Source: Fredinandcohnia salidurans (GTDB lineage: Bacteria; Bacillota; Bacilli; Bacillales; Bacillaceae_L). From it: a stretch of DNA of 24,000 nt. The position numbers and the translations under genes were made by a program. The notes beneath the pieces were generated by a model. It was not told where the DNA came from, did not search any database, and saw only the letters and a list, made by a program, of their open reading frames with translations. This document shows, piece after piece, positions 17,419 through 24,000 of this stretch; the first letter of the stretch is position 1; every line of letters begins with the position of its first letter. The stretch is taken from contig NZ_JBHUEK010000017.1 of the NCBI RefSeq assembly GCF_042680725.1, positions 23,834 through 47,833 on the forward strand, given 5' to 3'.

Positions 17419-17570
17419 TTGCGTTCCCTTTTTACCTTCCTCTTATGGGAATCGGGCACGATTCGGACGCTTGCGTTCCCTTTTAGCTGCCCCTACCGCC
17501 AATCGGGCACGATTCGAACACTTGCGTTTCCCTTTCCTCTGCCTCAGTCGACAATCGGGTATGATTGCTA
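17419..17570. repeat. Tandem array of about 3.5 units (period 51-52 bp): a 34-35-bp conserved block alternating with unique 17-18-bp spacers
   Basis: Conserved block AATCGGGCACGATTCG(G/A)AC(G/A)CTTGCGTT(T)CCCTTT at 17450-17483 and 17501-17535. Partial block at 17419-17431 and a degenerate block at 17553-17568. Unique segments at 17432-17449, 17484-17500 and 17536-17552. Confidence 0.85.
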
Positions 17571-17616
17571 TCAAGAGGCTCAAGTAGAATTTACCTGTTT
17601 CGTTAGTTTAAAAACG

Positions 17617-17790
17617 TCACCAAAGGGAGGGCATTAATGTTGCAATAATCAAAAGTAGTACTAAACCAGTAAACATATATATAACATATTTCTTTCTATC
17701 TACACCCTTTCTTAATTCCCACAATCCTATTGTTATGAAATATAAACCTATCAATGAAATAATTACGGGTAGCATAACAAAAATAATCAT
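17617..17790 (-). CDS. Small two-TM membrane protein (57 aa), below the ORF-track length cutoff
   Basis: My own translation is MIIFVMLPVIISLIGLYFITIGLWELRKGVDRKKYVIYMFTGLVLLLIIATLMPSLW. The ATG is 8 nt after AAGGGGA. Confidence 0.5.
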   Translation of the reverse strand: MIIFVMLPVIISLIGLYFITIGLWELRKGVDRKKYVIYMFTGLVLLLIIATLMPSLW

Positions 17791-17898
17791 CTATTGGTCC
17801 CCTTTTATTATTTGTTTTCTTCACAGCTCATAGTTCATATTAACATAATATTCCAAATTAACATACGATTTTCATGCTTATAAATAAAACAACTGCCT

Positions 17899-17936
17899 AA
17901 AAAAAGGCGCCTTAATCCTGCATGGATCAACACACC
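17899..17936 (-). repeat. Conserved terminator-like hairpin element, copy 3
   Basis: Minus strand reads GGTGTGTTGATCCATGCAGGATTAAGGCGCCTTTTTTT. It starts 43 nt after the stop of the 17980-18378 gene. Confidence 0.7.
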
Positions 17937-17979
17937 TGTTGGTTTTTTTATTGATTTGAACACTATATTGGTTCTTTTA

Positions 17980-18378
17980 TTATTTAGGTAGATTGAGTTG
18001 CCACGAAACTCCAAAGCGGTCATTTAGCCAGCCAAACTTCTTACTGAAACCATAATCTCCTAGTGGCATAAGTGCTTGTCCACCATCGTTCAACTTCTGA
18101 TAAAGATTATCAAGTTCTTCTTCCGTACTACAAGTAACAAATAGTGAGAACGAAGGTGTGAAGGAAAACTGATGTTTGATATTACTGTCGATGCACATAA
18201 CTTCTTGACCTTTTAAAGTGAAGGTAGCTTGCATCACAGTTCCTTCATCTCCACTTTCGTTTGTACCATATCGAACAATATTCGTAATTGAGGAATCCTC
18301 AATCAAAGACGTGTAAAAATTCATTGCTTCCTCTGCTTTGCCATCTTGAAACATTAAAAATGGTGTGACCTTTTCCAT
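17980..18378 (-). CDS. VOC-superfamily protein, PhnB-like (3-demethylubiquinone-9 3-methyltransferase domain family)
   Basis: 132 aa. VTPFLMFQDGKAEEAMNFY ... KFGWLNDRFGVSWQL is characteristic of this family. Confidence 0.85.
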   Translation of the reverse strand: MEKVTPFLMFQDGKAEEAMNFYTSLIEDSSITNIVRYGTNESGDEGTVMQATFTLKGQEVMCIDSNIKHQFSFTPSFSLFVTCSTEEELDNLYQKLNDGGQALMPLGDYGFSKKFGWLNDRFGVSWQLNLPK

Positions 18379-18513
18379 TATGTATCTACTCCTTTTTGTT
18401 GTATCTCTTTACTAATTATAATTCAACTTATATTATAATACCCATTCTTTAACTTACCTGCCGATTCTCCCTGCCAAAATCATAAAAATTGATTGTATGA
18501 TTTAATCGGCTGT

Positions 18514-19059
18514 CTATCTGTTTTGAGCTTCCATGAGTTCATATATTTTACGAACCGTGTTGACATTTCTTACAGTTACTTGCTTGTAGATTTTTGTTCC
18601 AATGATCTTTGACATTCCACTTTTGTTTGCATTCTTCTTTTCAATGGACCATAAAATCGCGCCGGGTACATATTTCACCGTATCAATCGTTGGTTTGATG
18701 ACCAAATTCTCAAGTACAGTTTTATCATCAATTTCATCCCATAAAAACATGACATCACTTTTCATGTCTTTGTCATTTTTCCATGTAACAGGAATTGCGT
18801 GAATGATTCCTCTGACATCATCGATACTTCGAACGACTACTTTAATTCGTAATCCGAAATCGTCATGGATGGCTTCTTCCAAAATACGTGATAGCTCCGT
18901 TTTTGATTGGTCATTAGATGAAAAAATAATATTACCTGTATTGATGTAGGTCACCACATCCTTCATCCCGACTCGTTCAAAGGTTTGTTTAAGCACCTTC
19001 ATGTCAATTTTATTGTTTCCCCCCACATTAATTCCACGAAGAAGTGCGATATAAACCAT
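18514..19059 (-). CDS. DUF1697 domain protein
   Basis: 181 aa. The N-terminus YIALLRGINVGGNNKIDMKVLKQTFERVGMKDVVTYINTGNIIF is typical of DUF1697. Confidence 0.8.
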   Translation of the reverse strand: MVYIALLRGINVGGNNKIDMKVLKQTFERVGMKDVVTYINTGNIIFSSNDQSKTELSRILEEAIHDDFGLRIKVVVRSIDDVRGIIHAIPVTWKNDKDMKSDVMFLWDEIDDKTVLENLVIKPTIDTVKYVPGAILWSIEKKNANKSGMSKIIGTKIYKQVTVRNVNTVRKIYELMEAQNR

Positions 19060-19103
19060 AACAATCTTCCTTTCGACTTAAATACTCATTTGTTCAAAAC
19101 CCA

Positions 19104-19454
19104 TTATTTCTCCCATAGCTCAATCAATCTACCTTCTGGATCTTTTATCCAAATAAACGCACCATAATCATTAGTCTCTTTATTCTTTTCGAGGGGTACA
19201 CCCATTTGTTCAAGATGCTTAATAGACTCGTCTATACTATCGACTTGGAAATTTAACATTACTTGCTGCTCTGGAGGAAAATAAAGGTCATCTTCAGTAA
19301 AGAAAGAAAAAATCGTCTCATTTCCTGATTGGGGTTTTATAATTGTCCCATTCCAACCTTCAAATTCTAAATTCAAAACCTCATTGTACCATTTTTTGAT
19401 TGCATCTACATTTTTAGTTCTCCAAAAAATTCCTCCGAAACCTTTTATCATCAT
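19104..19454 (-). CDS. VOC-family (glyoxalase / bleomycin-resistance fold) protein
   Basis: 116 aa. IFWRTKNVDAIKKWY ... YGAFIWIKDPEGRLIELWE is a typical VOC pattern. Confidence 0.75.
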   Translation of the reverse strand: MMIKGFGGIFWRTKNVDAIKKWYNEVLNLEFEGWNGTIIKPQSGNETIFSFFTEDDLYFPPEQQVMLNFQVDSIDESIKHLEQMGVPLEKNKETNDYGAFIWIKDPEGRLIELWEK

Positions 19455-19507
19455 AATAAACTTGCTCCCTTCATTAAACTGTTTCGTTTGTTAATTCATT
19501 TCAACAT

Positions 19508-19541
19508 AAAGGTGCTTTAATCCTTCTTGGAACAGCGAACC
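19508..19541 (-). repeat. Conserved terminator-like hairpin element, copy 4 (degenerate)
   Basis: Minus strand reads GGTTCGCTGTTCCAAGAAGGATTAAAGCACCTTTATG. The core is retained, the stem has several mismatches and the U-tract is poor. It lies 112 nt after the 19654 stop. Confidence 0.5.
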
Positions 19542-19653
19542 ACTTTTTGTCGGCACCTAAAAAACCCGCTAACAACAGGGTTAACAGGTTTACTAAAATA
19601 AATTCTAGTTGCTATAACGTAAATGTAATCCAATACTAAACATACCTAGCATA

Positions 19654-20829
19654 TTAAATAGAAGACTCCCTTGGCAAGCGGACCTTAATTAATTCTGCAA
19701 AATATTCCGCACCAATTTTTAGGATCTTATCATTAAAGTCATAGCTCGAGTTATGAAGCGGAATATTTCCCACACCTTCAGAATCATCACCATTCCCTAT
19801 AAAGACAAAACAACCAGGAACCTTTTCTAAAAATGCACCGAAGTCTTCAGAAGCCATCCACGGTTGACAATTTCCATCCACATTATTTTCGCCAACGACA
19901 TTTTTGGCTGCTTGTACTGCAATCTCAACACATTCTTCCCAGTTCACGGTTGGTGCGAATTCATGCGTATATTCAAATTGACACTCCGCTCCATTTATTT
20001 TGCATATTCCCTCACTAATTGTTCTCATTCGTTCCTCTAGTAACTTTTGCACCTCTGGAGTATTACTTCTCGTATCTCCTTTAATCACTAAATTTGTTGG
20101 TATCGCATTGCGAATCCCATCTGTGATAAATTCAGTACATGAAATGACCGCAGGAACATTTGGGTTCATATTACGGGATATAATCGTTTGCAAAGCAAGA
20201 ACAATTTCTGATGCAATCACGATCGGATCTTTCCCCACATGGGGACTTGATGCATGTGAGCCTTGACCTTTAATACGGATTATAAAGTTATCCTCACTTG
20301 CCATAATTCCTCCTGCTCGAGTAGAGATGGCTCCCGCTGGCATCCCGGGCATGTTGTGCATTCCATAAATCTCATCTACTGGAAAACGATCGAATAGCCC
20401 ATCTTTCATCATGGCAAAAGCACCTTTCCCCGTTTCTTCTGCGGGTTGAAAAATAAATCGAACCGTCCCATTAAAATTTTGGCGCTCCGTTAATAGCTTG
20501 GCTGCGCCCAATAGTGTAGCCATATGTCCATCATGACCACACGCATGCATTTTACCTGGATTTTTAGAGGCGTATGGATGTTGTCCCACCTCTGTTAGAT
20601 TAATAGCATCTATGTCTGAGCGAATCCCAATGATTCCTTTCCCTTCACCCACTGTCAGATTAGCAACGATTCCAGTACCACCAATATTTCTGTGAACCTC
20701 TAATCCCATATCCGTTAGGACTTTAGCTAAAAAATCAGACGTATTTCTTTCTTCAAATGCACTTTCTGGATGCGAATGAAGATAGTGCCTCCACTCAATA
20801 AGCTGTTTTTCAAAATCTTCGTTTTTCAT
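19654..20829 (-). CDS. M20D-family amidohydrolase (hippurate hydrolase / N-acyl-L-amino acid amidohydrolase type)
   Basis: 391 aa. WRHYLHSHPE and MHACGHDGH metal-binding motifs. Confidence 0.88.
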   Translation of the reverse strand: MKNEDFEKQLIEWRHYLHSHPESAFEERNTSDFLAKVLTDMGLEVHRNIGGTGIVANLTVGEGKGIIGIRSDIDAINLTEVGQHPYASKNPGKMHACGHDGHMATLLGAAKLLTERQNFNGTVRFIFQPAEETGKGAFAMMKDGLFDRFPVDEIYGMHNMPGMPAGAISTRAGGIMASEDNFIIRIKGQGSHASSPHVGKDPIVIASEIVLALQTIISRNMNPNVPAVISCTEFITDGIRNAIPTNLVIKGDTRSNTPEVQKLLEERMRTISEGICKINGAECQFEYTHEFAPTVNWEECVEIAVQAAKNVVGENNVDGNCQPWMASEDFGAFLEKVPGCFVFIGNGDDSEGVGNIPLHNSSYDFNDKILKIGAEYFAELIKVRLPRESSI

Positions 20830-20856
20830 CGTAATCGCACTCCTTTTATAAATCTA

Positions 20857-22095
20857 TTAGACAGATGGATAGGCCCCATCCCATACAACTTTTCGATAAT
20901 GATCGGGATCCGTGTCACCTTCAGTGCTGATAATCAAAATTTTCGAATCTTGATTAAGGTTCAATGCATGTTTCATATCTATAAGCCTGCTATTTTCAGC
21001 TACTAAACTAACCAATCCTATACCCACTGCTGCACCAGATTCGCCGGATACAATACGAGGGTCACAGCCTAATGGGTTGGCAAGAATTCGCATACCACGG
21101 GCGGCTGCGTAGTCTGGGCAAGAAACAAAACTTTGAGCATAATCTTTTAAAATACCCCAAGAAGTTTTACTTGGTTCACCACATGCTAAACCTGCCATAA
21201 TCGTATCCAATGCACCCGTTACGGCATGTGGTTTCCCGTCGCCAACTCTCATAGATTGGTATAAACAATCCGCTTTATCTGGCTCTACGATAATTGTCAT
21301 TGGACGTTCTTCTCCAAATTTCTCGACTAGATATCCGAGCATACTGCCTGCAAAAGAACCTACTCCGGCTTGTAAAAATACATGAGTGGGCCGATCATCA
21401 ACTTCAGCAATCTGCTCCATTGCTTCATCTATGATTGTGAGATACCCCTCCATAATCCAAGCAGGAATCTCTTCATATCCATCCCAGGCCGTATCCTGTA
21501 CCAAAACCCAACCATTTTCTTTCGCCTTTTGGCTTGCCAACCTCACCGTATCATCATAGTTTAAATCTGTGATTGAAGCCTCTGCACCTTCTTTACGAAT
21601 ATTCGTTAATCTGATTTCTGAAGAACCTTTTGGCATATATACGACAGATTTTTGGCCAAGCTGGTTTGCAGCCCATGCAATTCCTCTTCCATGATTTCCA
21701 TCCGTTGCTGTAACAAAAGTAATGCCACCCAATTCCTCTTTTACTTCTTTACTCCTTAATTTTTCAAAAGATAGTTCTGAAATATCGACGTTTAATCGTT
21801 CTGCTAGATATTTACCAACCGCATAGGAACCACCTAATACTTTAAAAGCATTCAGTCCAAATCGATAAGATTCATCTTTAACCCAAATATTGCGAACTCC
21901 AAATTGTTTAGATAACTCAGCTAAGCTGTGAAGCGGCGTTACTATATATTCTGGAAAGCTTTTATGAAAATTTCTAACCTTTTCAACTACTTCCATATTC
22001 ATAAATGCTGCAGATGCTTTCTCTGAATCTGTCTTTCTTGTATTGTCATTTATAAAATATTGAATTTCTGTTTTTAGATTTGTTAAATTGGCCAT
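20857..22095 (-). CDS. dpaL: Diaminopropionate ammonia-lyase (PLP-dependent, YgeX/DpaL type)
   Basis: 412 aa. KDESYRFGLNAFKVLGG (PLP lysine signature) and TATDGNHGRG. Confidence 0.85.
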   Translation of the reverse strand: MANLTNLKTEIQYFINDNTRKTDSEKASAAFMNMEVVEKVRNFHKSFPEYIVTPLHSLAELSKQFGVRNIWVKDESYRFGLNAFKVLGGSYAVGKYLAERLNVDISELSFEKLRSKEVKEELGGITFVTATDGNHGRGIAWAANQLGQKSVVYMPKGSSEIRLTNIRKEGAEASITDLNYDDTVRLASQKAKENGWVLVQDTAWDGYEEIPAWIMEGYLTIIDEAMEQIAEVDDRPTHVFLQAGVGSFAGSMLGYLVEKFGEERPMTIIVEPDKADCLYQSMRVGDGKPHAVTGALDTIMAGLACGEPSKTSWGILKDYAQSFVSCPDYAAARGMRILANPLGCDPRIVSGESGAAVGIGLVSLVAENSRLIDMKHALNLNQDSKILIISTEGDTDPDHYRKVVWDGAYPSV

Positions 22096-22097
22096 TT

Positions 22098-23357
22098 TTA
22101 ATCTCCTTTTATCTTGTTACCTGCTAGTTTACTTACTACATCAAGTAATACATTGGCTCCCGCTGCCAAGTCTGTATCTTTTGTATATTCTTTAGGATTG
22201 TGACTAATACCATCGACACTTGGTACGAAAATCATAGCAGAAGGACAAACACTGGCCATCATTTGAGCATCATGCCCCGCGCCAGATGTCATTCGTTTTG
22301 CTTTGAGTCCACGTCCCTCAGAAACCTCCTCTATCAATTTAACGATTGTTTCATCGAATGTAACTGGTTGAAAACGTACTAGTTGTTCAGATGTAATGGA
22401 AACTTCTTCAGAGGCTGCTAGTTCTTTAAGATAGTTTGCAAGTGCTTGTTCTTCTTCTATCAGTCTATGTTCGTTCGGATCTCGTAAGTCAACAGTGAAT
22501 GTGGCAAGTGATGGAATGACATTCACAGCATTTGGCTTAAATTCAATGGTTCCCACAGTGGCAACCGTTTGCCCATTAGAAGCGTCCGCACGCTCACGTA
22601 GATAGGTTATTACTCGTGCTGCCGCAAGCCCTGCATCACATCGCATATTTGTTGGTGTAGTACCCGCGTGATTTGCCACACCTTCAATCGTAATTCGCTG
22701 CCAAGATATGCCTTGAAGATTCTCAACCGCACCAATTGGAATACCCATTTTATCCAGAATTGGCCCTTGTTCGACATGTAGCTCTATGTATGTGTGCGGC
22801 TTCAAAAAGCCAGGTTCCTCTGCACCGGCATATCCAATACGTTCAAGTTCCTCTCCCAAAAGGGTGCCATCCGTACCTACCGATTTAAGCGCATCATCAA
22901 CTGAAAGACCGCCAGCATAGACAAGTGATCCCATCATGTCAGGCTGATAGCGCACTCCCTCCTCATTGGTAAATGCTGCGACTGCAATTGGACGGGCAGG
23001 AACAAAACCATTCTCCTGTAACGTTTTTATGACTTCAAGTCCTGATAGGACTCCATAACATCCGTCGTACATACCCGCATTAATAACGGTGTCGATGTGC
23101 GACCCTAGCAAAATGGGTGCTTCATCCCTATTTTCTGAACCACACCAAATTCCAAAGAGATTACCGATTCTGTCAATTTTAATTTCCAATCCTGCTTCCT
23201 TCATCCAATTCACTAATTGATCACGTCCAGCCTTATCTGCATCTGAAGCAGCTAGTCTTGTTCGTCTGTTATTATTATCCAGACCAATTTGGCTAAGTTC
23301 TTGAAGTTGGTTAAGCAAGCGTTCCTTGTTGATTGACAGATTTATGTTCGTAATCAT
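22098..23357 (-). CDS. M20-family Zn hydrolase of the allantoate amidohydrolase / N-carbamoyl-L-amino-acid hydrolase / beta-ureidopropionase type
   Basis: LLGSHIDTVINAGMYDGCYGV and FTNEEG motifs. The stop is 2 nt before the dpaL start. I prefer the ATG at 23357 (8 nt after AAGGGGA) over the track's TTG at 23375. Confidence 0.85.
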   Translation of the reverse strand: MITNINLSINKERLLNQLQELSQIGLDNNNRRTRLAASDADKAGRDQLVNWMKEAGLEIKIDRIGNLFGIWCGSENRDEAPILLGSHIDTVINAGMYDGCYGVLSGLEVIKTLQENGFVPARPIAVAAFTNEEGVRYQPDMMGSLVYAGGLSVDDALKSVGTDGTLLGEELERIGYAGAEEPGFLKPHTYIELHVEQGPILDKMGIPIGAVENLQGISWQRITIEGVANHAGTTPTNMRCDAGLAAARVITYLRERADASNGQTVATVGTIEFKPNAVNVIPSLATFTVDLRDPNEHRLIEEEQALANYLKELAASEEVSITSEQLVRFQPVTFDETIVKLIEEVSEGRGLKAKRMTSGAGHDAQMMASVCPSAMIFVPSVDGISHNPKEYTKDTDLAAGANVLLDVVSKLAGNKIKGD

Positions 23358-23518
23358 GTTCATTTCCCCTTTCAAAATGTTTAGTAGAATAAAAGTAAAT
23401 CAGTTGATTTTTGGCTAATCAGATTTAAAGATGTAAGTATAATGTTATAATAATTTAAGAATTATTAGAAAAATACCATTATTGAATAAAAAAATATAAC
23501 TATATTGAGGTGTTCGGT

Positions 23519-24000
23519 ATGCAAGTGAAAAACTTCATGATTGATGAAAGTTTAAAAGAACTAACCAAACATCATACAGTCGTTATGCCAATTGCATGTT
23601 ATCAAACGACCATTACTCAAAATATACATGGCTATATTCCACTACATTGGCATGATGAAATTCAATTTGTGTTGATTGTAAAAGGAGAGGCAAATTTTCA
23701 AGTGAATGACGAGTTGATCGTTGTTCGAGAAGGTGATGGACTTTTTATAAATAGCGGATGCCTGCACATGGCAGAGGATAAAGATCAGTCGGGTTGTGTT
23801 TATATTTGCTTAAATGTTTCTCCGTCCTTTGTTTTATCACAAGAACTCTATACGACATATGTAAAACCTTATATTCAAGCGACGAATTTACATTACTTAT
23901 ATATAAGTGCAAATAAGCACTGGGGGAAGAACATTTTAGATGCCATTTTAAAAATCTATCAGAGTATTGAGCAAAAGACCCCATACTATGAAATCGATAT
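23519..24000 (+). CDS. AraC-family transcriptional regulator, N-terminal cupin/effector domain only (3' end truncated by the window edge)
   Basis: The reading frame stays open from ATG 23519 (GAGGTG 6 nt upstream) to the window end. IPLHWHDEIQFVLIVKGEANF ... GDGLFINSGCLH is an AraC-type ligand-binding cupin. It is divergent from the hydrolase/dpaL operon. Confidence 0.75.
   Translation, partial: MQVKNFMIDESLKELTKHHTVVMPIACYQTTITQNIHGYIPLHWHDEIQFVLIVKGEANFQVNDELIVVREGDGLFINSGCLHMAEDKDQSGCVYICLNVSPSFVLSQELYTTYVKPYIQATNLHYLYISANKHWGKNILDAILKIYQSIEQKTPYYEID

Noticed and set aside
17505-17521. tRNA-like GATTCGAAC string (reverse complement of a T-loop-like GTTCGAATC) inside the repeats.
   Set aside because: The flanking bases do not form a T-arm stem, and no acceptor or anticodon arms can be drawn. 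It is not a tRNA or tRNA fragment that I can support.
17419-17570. Reading the repeat array as a CRISPR locus.
   Set aside because: There are only about 3.5 units. The spacers are 17-18 bp, far below typical CRISPR spacer length. There are no cas genes in the window, and the terminal units are partial or degenerate. I report it as an unexplained repeat instead.
17410-17637. 75-aa plus-strand ORF with an internally repeated SGTIRTLAFPF peptide.
   Set aside because: The peptide repeat is simply the translation of the DNA tandem array. There is no RBS before the ATG, and the ORF overlaps the better-supported minus-strand small ORF.
17835-18023. 62-aa minus-strand ORF.
   Set aside because: It overlaps the 3' end of the PhnB-like gene and runs through terminator-like hairpin copy 3. 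It has no RBS.
16888-23984. Further antisense track ORFs: 16888-17088, 18602-18802, 18985-19167, 19833-20018, 20000-20266, 20770-21006, 21382-21564, 22200-22382 and 23745-23984.
   Set aside because: The reasoning is the same: each lies antisense to a well-supported enzyme or regulator gene.

Overview
This window looks like a low-GC Firmicute chromosome, probably Bacillaceae: it has GGAGG-type ribosome binding sites, frequent TTG/GTG starts and lipoprotein lipoboxes. It is an accessory-type region with most genes on the minus strand. From left to right it contains:
- an ECF sigma factor translationally coupled to a membrane protein with an extracytoplasmic LCP domain;
- a complete inducible beta-lactamase regulon, with blaR1-blaI divergent from a class A lipoprotein beta-lactamase and three TACA/TGTA operator dyads in the shared control region;
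- an M3 oligoendopeptidase, two GNAT acetyltransferases and several small membrane proteins and lipoproteins;
- an MDR-family oxidoreductase and a DUF1428 gene;
- an apparently intact IS200/IS605-family element (tnpA plus tnpB);
- an SGNH hydrolase preceded by an unexplained tandem repeat array;
- a VOC/DUF1697/VOC trio;
- a three-gene operon (carbamoylase-type M20 hydrolase, diaminopropionate ammonia-lyase, M20D amidohydrolase) divergent from an AraC-family regulator that runs off the window.

I saw no rRNA, tRNA or canonical CRISPR-cas. The items most worth a second look are:
- the ECF sigma / LCP-domain pair;
- a family of four sequence-conserved terminator-like hairpins;
- the 3.5-unit repeat array at 17419-17570;
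- the TnpB element abutting a gene start;
- the diaminopropionate-centred catabolic operon.

All function calls rest on motif recognition by eye. No database search was possible.
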